Translations under genes and position numbers: made by a program
NCBI GenBank assembly: GCA_964195545.1
Contig: CAXMQQ010000084.1
Coordinates: forward strand, 11,173-75,172
Direction: 5' to 3'
From: an uncultured Acidimicrobiia bacterium
Lineage (GTDB): Bacteria; Actinomycetota; Acidimicrobiia; Spongiisociales; UBA5794
Length of the DNA stretch: 64,000 nt
Notes under the pieces: model-generated
What the model saw: the letters and a program-made list of their open reading frames with translations, nothing else
Told to the model about the DNA's origin: nothing
Database searches by the model: none
In this document: positions 39,453-49,174 of the stretch, one piece after another
Numbering within the stretch: position 1 is the stretch's first letter
Layout of the letters: each line of letters opens with the position of its first letter

Positions 39453-39699
39453 AGCGTGCCTTCTGCTGGCGACGTTCCGTCTCTGTGAGACCGCCCCAGA
39501 TTCCGTAGGGCTCCCGGATCGTGACCGCATAGTCGAGGCATTCGCTTCCGACTGGGCAGATTCGGCAGACGGACTTCGCCCTGAGCTCCCTGCGTTCCCG
39601 TTCGTCTTTGCGTTCAGTCACACTCGGGGGAAAGAACAGATGCGAATGGCTGCCGCTGCAGGAGGCGACTGGTTGCCATGAACGATCGAGCGCCGTCAC
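39442..39699 (-). CDS. whiB: WhiB-family transcriptional regulator (Wbl, 4Fe-4S)
   Basis: Four Cys (C14, C34-x2-C37-x5-C43) and the G(I/V)WGG turn (EPYGIWGGLTE). Its 3' end overlaps the selB stop by ~11 nt (convergent). Confidence 0.8.
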   Translation of the reverse strand: MTALDRSWQPVASCSGSHSHLFFPPSVTERKDERERRELRAKSVCRICPVGSECLDYAVTIREPYGIWGGLTETERRQQKARFTA

Positions 39700-39881
39700 G
39701 ATGTATGTCCTCCAGGGCGGTTGAGAGTCAAAGCCGATATGAATGTAGAGACACTAAGTCCCCAGCGCAAGGAAAATTGTGGCATTTTGCCTCGTCCTGT
39801 CTCGCTCTTTTTTCGCGGTCTCTACGTGGCTGACAGGTGAGAAGGGGACGAGGGACAGGCGGATAGAGGACTGCAAGCGGG

Positions 39882-40292
39882 GTGACGGAGCCTCTACCGA
39901 ACGCCGGATACTGGATGCTGACTACTCTTCAACCCATGTCACGCTTCCTGGTTGTTGCCGATGAACCGTGGGTGAAGAACGAGGTTCACGCCGCTCTGAG
40001 CATCGGAGCGAATGAACTGATCGATCACGACGATCCAGCGACCGCCGCTGCCAAAGCGGAGGTCGAGTCCGTCGATGCGGCGATCGTTGATCTCCAGGTC
40101 GCTTCCATGGGGGGCATGGCTGTCACGCGTGCCATTCGCGATGGCGATCATCCCGTCCCTGTCATCATCCTCCTCGACCGAGAGGCAGATGCGTTCCTCG
40201 CCGGCCGGTCGGGAGCAAACGCCTGGATTACGAAGCCGTTCACGGCATCGGCTCTCAGGGCCACGGTTGCCGACGTTACCGGAGTGGCGTGA
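39882..40292 (+). CDS. Stand-alone response-regulator receiver domain protein (likely start ~39936)
   Basis: REC-domain residues: acidic pair (VVADE), phospho-acceptor Asp (AIVDLQV), Thr and Lys (ITKPF). No output domain. Confidence 0.55.
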   Translation: MTEPLPNAGYWMLTTLQPMSRFLVVADEPWVKNEVHAALSIGANELIDHDDPATAAAKAEVESVDAAIVDLQVASMGGMAVTRAIRDGDHPVPVIILLDREADAFLAGRSGANAWITKPFTASALRATVADVTGVA

Positions 40293-40337
40293 CGGCCCGT
40301 TCGAAGCCTTCGACTTCGAATCTAGCCGGGGATACCC

Positions 40338-41585
40338 GTGACTTCTGAACAGACGATCTACATCGTCATTCTCGCAATTTGTACGATCGCGTCCGGGTTC
40401 TTCTCCGGTTCCGAAACGGCTCTCATTGGGATCTCGAAAGAGCGGGTGCATCGTCTGGCATCCGAAAGCAAGTCCGGCCGGCGAATTGAGCAGCTCCTTT
40501 CCGATCCCGAACGGATGCTGTCGACGTTGCTGGTCGCCAATAACGTCGTCAACGTCCTCGCCGCCGCCGTCGCCACGACGCTCTTCATCGGTCTCGTTGG
40601 GGAGACATGGGGACCGTGGCTCGCAACGGCTGCCGTCACTGCGGTGATCCTCGTGTTCGGCGAGATCACACCGAAGACGCTTGCGACCCGCTATCCGGAA
40701 CGATTCTCCCTGGCGGTTGCCCCGGCGATCTGGCAGCTCTCTCGATTCCTCGCTCCTGTTGCCGCGTTCTTCGGCGCCATCACTCGGGGGATCCTCCGCC
40801 TCCTCCGCATCCCGGTACGTGGCGACGGGGACACCGTCACCGACGCCGACATTCGCGCGCTCGCCGAACTCGGTCACCGAGATGGCCAGATCGAGGAGGT
40901 CGAGCGCGAGATCATCGACGCTCTCTTCGATCTTGCCGATCGTCCCATACGCGACGTGATGACGCCGCGCGTCGACATCGTCACACTGACCGTGCCGGTG
41001 TCGATGGACGAAGTGCGAGAGGCGGTCGCCTCGACCGGCCACTCCCGGTATCCAGTGACCAGCGGCGACCTTGACGACCTTCTCGGGATCCTCTTCGTCA
41101 AGGATCTCCTCCAGCGCACCGATGACGCCTCCCCCGATCACATCGTGAACCTCCTCCGCCATCCACACTTCATTCCGGAGACCGCGACGATTCTCGACAC
41201 GTTGACGGAGATGCGCCAGCGAAGAGTCGCTCTCGCTTGTGTCGTCGACGAACACGGCGGCGTCGAAGGTGTCATCACCGCCAAGGATCTGCTCGCCGAA
41301 CTCGTTGGTGAACTTCAGGACGAATACGACCCCGGTGTGCCCTCCATCGTTCGTATCGGTTCGGCACAATGGATCGCCGATGGACGTCTTCCGATCGAGG
41401 ATCTCTCGGATGAGATCGATCGGCCGATGCCCGAGGGGCCGTACAGCACCGTTGCCGGCTTCTTCATGACGATCGCAGGACATGTTCCCCACGAAGGGGA
41501 TACGGTCCATCTCGACGGAGTTCAGTTCACCGTGCTTGAGATGGATCGGAACCGCGTCGACCGGATCGATGTATCCATCACCTGA
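40338..41585 (+). CDS. HlyC/CorC family transporter (DUF21/CNNM TM domain + CBS pair + CorC_HlyC)
   Basis: N-terminal DUF21 (FFSGSETALI), tandem CBS domains, and a C-terminal transporter-associated domain. Confidence 0.85.
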   Translation: MTSEQTIYIVILAICTIASGFFSGSETALIGISKERVHRLASESKSGRRIEQLLSDPERMLSTLLVANNVVNVLAAAVATTLFIGLVGETWGPWLATAAVTAVILVFGEITPKTLATRYPERFSLAVAPAIWQLSRFLAPVAAFFGAITRGILRLLRIPVRGDGDTVTDADIRALAELGHRDGQIEEVEREIIDALFDLADRPIRDVMTPRVDIVTLTVPVSMDEVREAVASTGHSRYPVTSGDLDDLLGILFVKDLLQRTDDASPDHIVNLLRHPHFIPETATILDTLTEMRQRRVALACVVDEHGGVEGVITAKDLLAELVGELQDEYDPGVPSIVRIGSAQWIADGRLPIEDLSDEIDRPMPEGPYSTVAGFFMTIAGHVPHEGDTVHLDGVQFTVLEMDRNRVDRIDVSIT

Positions 41586-41621
41586 GCGGCAGGACGCGAA
41601 CGGGGGTACAATCCCCACATT

Positions 41622-41695
41622 CGGGACGTAGCGCAGCTTGGTAGCGCGCATCGTTCGGGACGATGAGGTCGCCGGTTCAAATCCGGCCGTCCCGA
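41622..41695 (+). tRNA. tRNA-Pro (anticodon CGG)
   Basis: Cloverleaf by hand: acceptor stem CGGGACG/CGTCCCG, D-arm GCGC-AGCTTGGTA-GCGC, anticodon stem CATCG/CGATG with loop TTCGGGA, T-arm GCCGG-TTCAAAT-CCGGC, discriminator A. No encoded CCA. Confidence 0.85.
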
Positions 41696-41705
41696 CTCAT
41701 CGAAG

Positions 41706-41735
41706 CCCCGCCCTCGTGGCGGGGTTTCGTCATTT
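41706..41735 (+). terminator. Intrinsic terminator after tRNA-Pro
   Basis: CCCCGCC-ctcgt-GGCGGGG hairpin followed by TTTCGTCATTT. Confidence 0.5.
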
Positions 41736-41740
41736 GACGT

Positions 41741-42772
41741 CTACCTATCGAGCAGCAGTTCGGCGAGTTGGACGGCGTTCAGGGCCGCACCCTTGCGCAG
41801 GTTGTCGGCAACGACCCAGAGGCTGATGCCGCCGCTCTCTCCAATGGTCTCGCGAACACGGCCGATGAGAGCGTCGTCGATTCCCGCCGAGTCCAGCGGC
41901 GTCGGGACGTGGTCATCGGACCAGAGTTGTGTTCCGGGAGCGGCCGCGAGCATGTCATTCGCATCTGCGAGCGAGACAGGCCGGTCGAAGAACATCGTCG
42001 CGGCGATGCCGTGACCAACCAACGTGGGTACCCGCACACAGGTGGGCTCAACCCGGATATCGGGGGCGTCGAGGATCTTCCTCGTCTCGTGAACGAGCTT
42101 CCATTCCTCATCCGTGTACCCCTGCTCGGTGATTGCTCCGGCCATCGGGAGAACGTTGTATCCGATCGGTCGTTGATAGAGATCTCCCCCCGGATCCTCC
42201 CATCCGCCATGACGGAGGGACCGACGGTCTTGCCCGAACCAATCGTTCTCCCGTTCCAGAGTGGCGATACCGCTCTGACCTGAACCTGAGGTCGCCTGAT
42301 ACGACGTCGCGACGATGCGGTCGATCCCTGCCATTCGATGCAACGGTCCGGCCGCCATCATGAGCGCCATAGTGGTGCAATTGGGATTCGCGACGATCCC
42401 GCTGTTGCCCTCGATGGCGGTGTCGTTGACCTGAGCAACCACCAACGGAACGTCGGGTTCCTGACGAAATGCTGAGGAATTGTCGATTACGGTCGCTCCT
42501 GCGGCAGCGAATCGAGGTGCGTGCTCCTTGGAGCGGCTGCCGCCCGCAGAGAAGAGAGCAACGTCGATTCCGGACGGGTCGGCCTCGGCCAGATCTTCCA
42601 TGGTGATCGATCCCCAAGGTGTCTCAACGACGGTGCCAGCGGATCGGGAAGAAGCGAGCAGGCGGAGATTCTCGATTGGGTAGTCGCGCTCGGCGAGAAT
42701 CGACCGCATCGTCTGTCCAACGACGCCGGTCGCACCGACGACGGCGACTGAAGGATTGGCGAATCGTTTCAC
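41741..42772 (-). CDS. asd: Aspartate-semialdehyde dehydrogenase
   Basis: [15 protein letters not shown](P) motif and catalytic Cys in NPNCTT. 343 aa. Confidence 0.9.
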   Translation of the reverse strand: MKRFANPSVAVVGATGVVGQTMRSILAERDYPIENLRLLASSRSAGTVVETPWGSITMEDLAEADPSGIDVALFSAGGSRSKEHAPRFAAAGATVIDNSSAFRQEPDVPLVVAQVNDTAIEGNSGIVANPNCTTMALMMAAGPLHRMAGIDRIVATSYQATSGSGQSGIATLERENDWFGQDRRSLRHGGWEDPGGDLYQRPIGYNVLPMAGAITEQGYTDEEWKLVHETRKILDAPDIRVEPTCVRVPTLVGHGIAATMFFDRPVSLADANDMLAAAPGTQLWSDDHVPTPLDSAGIDDALIGRVRETIGESGGISLWVVADNLRKGAALNAVQLAELLLDR

Positions 42773-43983
42773 GATCGTTCCCCGATGAGTTCCCTGTGCA
42801 GCGCTGCGATCGCCGTCTGCGTGTCCTCACCGCGAATGATGCAACTGATGCGAATCGTTGACGTTGAGATCATCTCGATGTTGACATCCGAAGCGGACAG
42901 AATGCCGAACATCTCAGCGGCGACACCCGACTCCGATTTCATCCCTGCGCCGACGACCGTGATCTTTGAGATGTCCCTGTCCAGATCAACTCCGCTGGCC
43001 CCGATCTCTCCTGCGACCCGTTCGGCGATCTCGACAGCCTCGTCGGCAACATTCGCGGGAACGGTGAATGAGATATCCGTGACACCCTGGCTCGACACGT
43101 TCTGAACGATCATGTCGACATTGACTCCGGCGGTTGCCATCGGCTCGAACACGGCAGCGGCGATACCGGGTTGATCGGGAACGCCGTGCACGGTCAGTTT
43201 CGCCCCCGAGTCGTCGTGCGCGATACCCCGGATAATTGGTTCTTCCATCGTCTCCTCCTTGACCCATGTGCCTTCTCCACCGTGGAACGACGATCGCACG
43301 TGGATGGGGATGTTGTAGCGGATTCCGAACTCGACGCTTCTCGGCATCAGAACGCCTGCACCGGCATTCGCAAGCTCGAGCATCTCCTCGAATGTCAACT
43401 CTTCGAGCTTCCATGCCGTCGGCTCGACCCTGGGGTCGGCGGTATACACACCGTCGACGTCGGTGTAGATCTCGCAGAGATCGGCGCTGAGGGAAGCGGC
43501 CAAGGCGACGGCCGTCGCATCCGAACCTCCTCGACCGAGGGTCGTCACGTCCTTGGAGGCGGGGCTGACGCCCTGGAATCCGGCGACGATCGCGACCTTG
43601 CCCTCGTCCAGGCTCTCCTGGACCCGGAATGCCCGGATGTCGACGATCTCGGCTCGGCCATGCTCGGGCGTGGTCAAGATCCCGGCTTGTGATCCGGTGA
43701 AACTGACCGCCGGCACACCGCGGGCCTCGATCGCCATCGCGACAAGTGCCATTGAGATCCGCTCACCGGCGGTGAGGAGCATGTCCATCTCCCGCGGGTG
43801 GGGGGTGTCGGTGATCTCGGTTGCAAGATCGACCAACTCATCGGTGAACTTCCCCATGGCCGAGACAACGGCCACGACGCTGTTCCCCGAGCGGTAGGTC
43901 TCAACCACGCGATTGGCAACCTTGCAAATCCGTTCGGCATCAGCGAGTGACGTCCCTCCGAACTTCTGTACTACGAGCGCCAT
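42769..43983 (-). CDS. ask: Aspartate kinase
   Basis: [12 protein letters not shown]-terminus, kinase core, and C-terminal ACT regulatory domains. ATGA overlap with asd. Confidence 0.9.
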   Translation of the reverse strand: MALVVQKFGGTSLADAERICKVANRVVETYRSGNSVVAVVSAMGKFTDELVDLATEITDTPHPREMDMLLTAGERISMALVAMAIEARGVPAVSFTGSQAGILTTPEHGRAEIVDIRAFRVQESLDEGKVAIVAGFQGVSPASKDVTTLGRGGSDATAVALAASLSADLCEIYTDVDGVYTADPRVEPTAWKLEELTFEEMLELANAGAGVLMPRSVEFGIRYNIPIHVRSSFHGGEGTWVKEETMEEPIIRGIAHDDSGAKLTVHGVPDQPGIAAAVFEPMATAGVNVDMIVQNVSSQGVTDISFTVPANVADEAVEIAERVAGEIGASGVDLDRDISKITVVGAGMKSESGVAAEMFGILSASDVNIEMISTSTIRISCIIRGEDTQTAIAALHRELIGERS

Positions 43984-44114
43984 ATGTCACGGAGTGTAGG
44001 AGGCACCACCCCATCTGCCGCCTTTCGACCTCTTCTCTCATTCCGCGGGCTGACGGCGTCAAATACAAGGCTGCCAACCCTGGGTACGCGGGGGTGGGGC
44101 GTAGCCTTCTGCGA

Positions 44115-44828
44115 ATGAAGCGTCTCCCCATTCTCACCGCGGCCGTTGTCGCGGCCCTCTTCTTCACCGCGTGCGGTGGCTCCGAATCGACGACCACCAC
44201 CGCGGCCGAGGTGCCCCTCAATGTGGTTCCTTCCAACTACCTCCAGTTTCGGGAACAGCCGACCGCTTGTGGGGCCACTGCACCCGAAGCCCTCACTCCC
44301 ATGGAGTTCGACGCTCCGAACGACATGGGCATCGACCCGTCAACACCAACTCACGTCATCATGTCGACGTCGTGCGGCGACATCACCATCGCACTCGAGA
44401 CGACGATCGCTCCACAGACCGTGAACTCGTTCGTGTTCCTCGCCACCGAGGGCTACTTCGACGCCACGGTGTTCCACCGGGTCATCCCCGGTTTCGTAGC
44501 CCAGGGAGGCGATCAGACCGCGACCGGCCTCGGCGGACCCGGGTACACCATCCCCGACGAGTTCCCACCGCCCAACGTGGGGTATGACCGCGGAGTCCTC
44601 GCAATGGCGAACGCCGGACCGGGAACGACCGGAAGCCAGTTCTTCATCGTCGTCGAGGACACCGAACTGCCGCCACAATTCGCGATCTTCGGTCGGGTGG
44701 TGGATGGCTTCGACGTCCTCGACCTCCTGCAGCAAGTTCCCCTCGGCGTATCGCCGACAAGTCCCGACCCCGTTGCGAGCACGCCGCTCGAAACGATCTA
44801 CGTCGAGACCATCACCATCGACGGGTAG
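44115..44828 (+). CDS. ppiA: Peptidyl-prolyl cis-trans isomerase (cyclophilin-type), lipoprotein
   Basis: Lipobox signal MKRLPILTAAVVAALFFTACGG. Cyclophilin motifs FHRVIPGFVAQGGD and GVLAMANAGPGTTGSQFFIV. Confidence 0.85.
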   Translation: MKRLPILTAAVVAALFFTACGGSESTTTTAAEVPLNVVPSNYLQFREQPTACGATAPEALTPMEFDAPNDMGIDPSTPTHVIMSTSCGDITIALETTIAPQTVNSFVFLATEGYFDATVFHRVIPGFVAQGGDQTATGLGGPGYTIPDEFPPPNVGYDRGVLAMANAGPGTTGSQFFIVVEDTELPPQFAIFGRVVDGFDVLDLLQQVPLGVSPTSPDPVASTPLETIYVETITIDG

Positions 44829-44900
44829 TACAACCGAGCGAGCACCCTCTCTCGACCACTCCGATTTCGGTCGGTGATCAGGTCGGGTAGCCTTCGGCGC

Positions 44901-45065
44901 ATGGCAACCGACAAGCGAGACCGTCAGCGTGCGAATCGGGCTGAGAAGCAAGCCGCCGAGGCGAAGGTCGTCCGGCGTCAGCACATCTTCGCCCTCGTCA
45001 AGAAGTACGCCGGGTATGCGGCACTCATCATCATCGCTCTTCTCATCATCACCTATGTGACCTGA
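44901..45065 (+). CDS. Small tail-anchored membrane protein (hypothetical, ~54 aa)
   Basis: Basic N-terminus (MATDKRDRQRANRAEKQ...) and a C-terminal TM helix (AALIIIALLIITYV). Confidence 0.3.
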   Translation: MATDKRDRQRANRAEKQAAEAKVVRRQHIFALVKKYAGYAALIIIALLIITYVT

Positions 45066-45069
45066 CGCC

Positions 45070-45909
45070 TTGGCTGTCGACCTCCACCTGCATTCGAACG
45101 CATCCGATGGAACCGACACACCGGCCGTCGTCGTGCAGAAGGCTGCCGCCGTTCATCTCACAGCGATCGCCCTCACCGATCACGACACCCTGTCCGGGAT
45201 CCCCGCTGCACAATCCGCTGCCACCGACCTTCCCATCGAGTTGATCCCCGGCGTCGAACTCTCCGTCGATCACAACGGCGTGAAGATCCACATGCTCGCC
45301 TACTTCCTCGAACCGGGGCAGGGTCCTCTCCAGGATCGCCTCGAGATGCTCCGCGACGGGCGCGGCGTCAGGAACCGGAAGATCGTCGAGGCGCTCAACA
45401 CGCTCGGTTACCCGATCACGATGCAGGACGTGCATCGGCAAGCCGCAGGCGACGCCATCGGCCGGCCGCATATCGCCGACGCCCTCGTGGCAGCGGACAT
45501 GATCGCCGACCGATCTGAAGCCTTCCGTGACCTGCTCCGCGACGGCGGCCTCGCGTACGCAGAACGAACTCGGTTAACCGCGACCGAGGCGATCATCCTC
45601 ACGACCCAATCCGGTGGCGTGACGTCGATCGCTCACCCTCTCACGATCGATCCCGGTGATTCAACGCTGCGCTCTATCTTCAAGGAGCTCCGCGAGGTCG
45701 GACTCTCCGGCATCGAGGCGTACTACTCACAGCACCCTCCACACATCCGCACCCAACTGGCCAGAGTGGCCTCCGATCTCGACCTGGCTGCCACCGGTGG
45801 ATCCGACTGCCACGGCACCGGGAAGCCCGGTCTCGAGATCGGCGCGGGACATGGCGACCTCATCGTCCCGGACTCTGTTCTCGAAGATCTGCACGCGCGA
45901 AGGCCATAA
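45070..45909 (+). CDS. PHP-domain protein (TrpH/YciV-like phosphoesterase)
   Basis: N-terminal DLHLHSNASDG (HxH) metal site, then the His/Asp ligands of the PHP fold. TTG start. Confidence 0.8.
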   Translation: MAVDLHLHSNASDGTDTPAVVVQKAAAVHLTAIALTDHDTLSGIPAAQSAATDLPIELIPGVELSVDHNGVKIHMLAYFLEPGQGPLQDRLEMLRDGRGVRNRKIVEALNTLGYPITMQDVHRQAAGDAIGRPHIADALVAADMIADRSEAFRDLLRDGGLAYAERTRLTATEAIILTTQSGGVTSIAHPLTIDPGDSTLRSIFKELREVGLSGIEAYYSQHPPHIRTQLARVASDLDLAATGGSDCHGTGKPGLEIGAGHGDLIVPDSVLEDLHARRP

Positions 45910-45967
45910 CAGGTCAACAACCCGCAATTCGAGGCCGATACACCAACCAGAACACGAAGGGGTTCTG

Positions 45968-47272
45968 GTGATTCCAAAGCTTTCGGCGAGTAGGGCGCCG
46001 ATCGAATACAGTGCGGTGCGCGGTGCGTTCCATGGCGCCCGCGCCATCACCGCTGCGGTCATCGGCATCGTTGCGGTGCTATTCGCGATCATTGGATCAG
46101 CGACGTACGCGCTCCCATACGCCGTCGGTTCTCTCATCGTCTTCGCCGATGCCCTCTACAGTCGATCTCGGGGAAGCTCCGCTGCTCCCTCACTCTTCAT
46201 CGACATCTCAGCCATCGCGTTCGCCATGGTCGTCGGTGGGGCATCCCCATCGGTCCAGGTCGCCTCCCTCGCCTACGGCATCACGGCAATCTCCCTGCTC
46301 CTCCCTGTTCGCCAAACTGGATTCTTGATGCTCTACGCCCTGGGGTGGACTGCGGTCATCATGGCGATGAACGGAATCGGCCTCATGTCGGCTTCGGACC
46401 GCGGCGCATTCGACGGCTTCATGACGATCGTCTTGCTCATCGACGTTGCGGCGCTCTTGTCGGGCGCCACTCGCAACCTGCTGCAAGCACAGGACCGTCA
46501 GCATGCACTCCTCGAACAGGAGCGACGAAGCGTCGAGGTCAAGAACGAGTTCGTCTCAATGGTGTCCCACGAACTACGCACACCGATCACCAGTATTTCG
46601 GGCTTCGCAGAGACATTGCGCGAACACTGGCGCGATCTGCCACCGTCGGAAGTCGATGAATTCCTCAACATCCTGCGGGGAGAGTCGGACCATCTTGCGG
46701 ACCTCGTCGAAGACATACTTGTCATCCCACGCCTCGATGCCGGACAACTCCGATTCCACCTCGAACAGGTCGGTGTCTCTGAGGTTGCCGCGTCGGTCAC
46801 CGACTTGGTCCTCGACAGTTCGATGACTGCAGAGATCGACGTGCCCGTCTACGTGAGAGTCCGGTCGGATCCGGTACGACTCAGGCAGATCCTCCGAAAC
46901 CTGGTGGAGAACGCCCGCAAGTACGGAGGCAACGAGCTCTACATCTACGGTGAGGAACGCCGCGAGGGAACCTACACCGTGATCGTTGCGGACAACGGTG
47001 CCGGCATTCCCGATGCCGATCAGCAGCGCATCTTCGGGCACTTCGAGCAGCTCTCCAAGGGTCACGCCAGACTTGAGCAAGGCGTGGGACTCGGACTTCC
47101 GATCGCACGCAAGCTGGCGCGGGCCATGGGCGGGGATCTCTGGTACGAGGACCGCTTCCCCGTAGGAGCGGCATTCTGCTTCGATCTCGACTTGGTGAAG
47201 AACGCTGAGCGGATACCCGACCCGGACGGTGTCGAGAACGATATCGAGGTCGAGGTAGGAGCAGAGCGGTAG
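45968..47272 (+). CDS. Sensor histidine kinase (orphan; no adjacent response regulator)
   Basis: GTG start with GAAGGGG RBS. About 6 TM helices, H-box VSHELRTPITSI, and a HATPase_c domain with N, G1 and G2 boxes (NLVENARKYG, DNGAGI, GLGLPI). Confidence 0.8.
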   Translation: MIPKLSASRAPIEYSAVRGAFHGARAITAAVIGIVAVLFAIIGSATYALPYAVGSLIVFADALYSRSRGSSAAPSLFIDISAIAFAMVVGGASPSVQVASLAYGITAISLLLPVRQTGFLMLYALGWTAVIMAMNGIGLMSASDRGAFDGFMTIVLLIDVAALLSGATRNLLQAQDRQHALLEQERRSVEVKNEFVSMVSHELRTPITSISGFAETLREHWRDLPPSEVDEFLNILRGESDHLADLVEDILVIPRLDAGQLRFHLEQVGVSEVAASVTDLVLDSSMTAEIDVPVYVRVRSDPVRLRQILRNLVENARKYGGNELYIYGEERREGTYTVIVADNGAGIPDADQQRIFGHFEQLSKGHARLEQGVGLGLPIARKLARAMGGDLWYEDRFPVGAAFCFDLDLVKNAERIPDPDGVENDIEVEVGAER

Positions 47273-47281
47273 CCTCACCGG

Positions 47282-47689
47282 ATGCTCCCGTACAACATCG
47301 ATCACGTTGCTATCGCCGTTCATGACCTCGATGCCGCGCTCACAGACATGAAGGCACAGTACGGAGCCGAGCCAGTGTCCCGTGGGGTCGTCGAATCTCA
47401 AGGTGTTGAAGAGGCGATGGTTCCGATCGGTGGATCGAACGTCCAGGTGCTCCAACCGCTCAGCCCCGAGTCTCCGGTCGGACGGTTCCTTGCCAAGCGC
47501 GGAGAAGGTCTACATCACATCGCGTTCGCCGTCCCCGACATCGACGCCGCCCTCGAACACCTGGAGTCAATCGGGGCCCGGTTGATCGACGAGAAGTCGC
47601 GCGTCGGAGGAGGCGGTCATCGCATCGCTTTTGTCCATCCGAGCGCGTTCGCCGGTACGCTGGTGGAACTCGTTGAAGGAGCGACGTGA
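47282..47689 (+). CDS. mce: Methylmalonyl-CoA epimerase (VOC/glyoxalase family)
   Basis: IDHVAIAVHDLDAAL...GLHHIAFAVPDIDAAL. 135 aa. Confidence 0.8.
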   Translation: MLPYNIDHVAIAVHDLDAALTDMKAQYGAEPVSRGVVESQGVEEAMVPIGGSNVQVLQPLSPESPVGRFLAKRGEGLHHIAFAVPDIDAALEHLESIGARLIDEKSRVGGGGHRIAFVHPSAFAGTLVELVEGAT

Positions 47690-47919
47690 CCAGGATCACA
47701 TCCATCAAGGGCGGCGCAGACCCCGATGTAGCTGCGGCCATCGCCGCCACGATCGCTCATCTCGAGGACGCCGACGCAGAAACGAATGCGACGCGCCCTC
47801 CTGTCCCACGACCAAGCCACTGGGTGCAATCGGCGAGACCCCGCGAGACTCCGACGCCGCTCCCATCGCACCTCTACGACGCAACACCGTGGTCCGATCT
47901 CGGAGACTCCCCCGAGTAG
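47686..47919 (+). CDS. Acyl-CoA carboxylase epsilon-subunit-like small protein (tentative)
   Basis: 77 aa. N-terminal IKGGADPDVAAAIAATIA and downstream PSHW match my recollection of the AccE pattern (VxxGNPTxEExAAL...W). GTGA-coupled to mce. Confidence 0.35.
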   Translation: MTRITSIKGGADPDVAAAIAATIAHLEDADAETNATRPPVPRPSHWVQSARPRETPTPLPSHLYDATPWSDLGDSPE

Positions 47920-47993
47920 GAAGAGCCTATCGGCACCGAATCAGTCCCGAAAGCGACGGGTAGCATCGTGGTGAACGCCACGAAAGGGCTGCA

Positions 47994-49169
47994 ATGGCAA
48001 CGGTCATCTCCTCGATCGCCAGAACCCCCATCGGAAAGTTCCGCGGCGGTTTCACACCACTCACCGCCATGGACCTCGGTGGATTCGCCATCGCCGCAGC
48101 CCTCGATCGAGCCGGGATCACCGGCGACCAGATCGACGAGGTGCTCTTCGGCCACGTGATCCAAGGGGGCCTTGGGCAGATCACTTCAAGACAGGCGGCG
48201 GTCAAGGGCGGTATTCCGATGACGGTTCCGTCGACCACGATCGACAAGGTCTGCCTCTCGGGAATGGCGGCCATCGGAGATGCAGATCTTCGAATCAGGG
48301 CGGGTGAGTCCAGAATCGTGATGACAGGGGGCATGGAGTCAATGACCAACGCACCGCACATCCTCCCTGGAGCACGCTTCGGATTCGCATACGGCGGCGC
48401 CGTCCTGATCGATTCGCTCAATCAGGACGGTTTGATGTGTGCGTTCGACGATGTGCTCATGGGCCAGTCGACCGACGAGAGGAACGCCGAATTCGGTGTG
48501 AACCGTGCCGAACAAGACGAGTGGGCGGCAGAGAGTCACGCACGCGCGATCGCCGCTACGGAATCCGGCGCATTCGACGAGGAGATCACGCCGATTGAGG
48601 TGCCTCAACGCAGGGGTGACCCGCTCCTGATCGAACATGACGAGGGGATGCGCCCCGGCACGACCATCGAATCACTCGGGAAACTCCGGCCCGCATTCGT
48701 CAAGGACGGGTCGGTAACCGCTGGGAACGCGTCGCAGATCTCAGACGGGGCGGCAGCGCTCGTTGTCGCCGACCGTGAAGCTGCTGAAGCACTGGGGATG
48801 CCGGTTGTCGCTGAGATCCTCGCCTACGGACAGACCGCCGGCCCGGACACCAGCCTGCACTCACGCCCGGCCGAGGCCATGATGGTCGCTCTGGATCGAG
48901 CGAGGCTCAAGGCGTCGGATCTCGACCTCGCCGAGATCAATGAGGCCTTCGCCGCCGTCTCGCTCCACTCATCGAAGAAGCTCGGCATCCCATTCGACCG
49001 TGTGAACGTGAACGGTGGCGCCATCGCTCTCGGTCACCCGCTCGGTGCCTCCGGCGCACGCATCGTGGTGACGTTGATCAGCGCCCTCCGTGCCCGCGGT
49101 GGAGGAGTCGGAGGGGCCGCCCTCTGTGGTGGCGGAGGTCAGGGCGACGCGTTGATCGTAGGGGTCTGA
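47994..49169 (+). CDS. Acetyl-CoA C-acetyltransferase (thiolase II)
   Basis: Active-site Cys in DKVCLSGMAAI, NVNGGAIALGHPLGASG, and CGGGGQG near the C-terminus. Confidence 0.9.
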   Translation: MATVISSIARTPIGKFRGGFTPLTAMDLGGFAIAAALDRAGITGDQIDEVLFGHVIQGGLGQITSRQAAVKGGIPMTVPSTTIDKVCLSGMAAIGDADLRIRAGESRIVMTGGMESMTNAPHILPGARFGFAYGGAVLIDSLNQDGLMCAFDDVLMGQSTDERNAEFGVNRAEQDEWAAESHARAIAATESGAFDEEITPIEVPQRRGDPLLIEHDEGMRPGTTIESLGKLRPAFVKDGSVTAGNASQISDGAAALVVADREAAEALGMPVVAEILAYGQTAGPDTSLHSRPAEAMMVALDRARLKASDLDLAEINEAFAAVSLHSSKKLGIPFDRVNVNGGAIALGHPLGASGARIVVTLISALRARGGGVGGAALCGGGGQGDALIVGV

Positions 49170-49174
49170 CCACC

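Noticed and set aside
41622-41695. Possible tRNA-Sec (selC) near selA/selB
   Set aside because: The only tRNA found folds as a standard 74-nt tRNA with a 7-bp acceptor stem, a short variable loop and anticodon CGG (Pro). It lacks the 8/5 acceptor/T-stem arrangement, long variable arm and UCA anticodon of tRNA-Sec.
43984-44114. Lysine riboswitch or leader upstream of ask (aspartate kinase)
   Set aside because: No L-box-like conserved segments or extended structure are apparent in the 130-nt upstream region, and ask is directly coupled to asd downstream. This looks like an ordinary promoter region.
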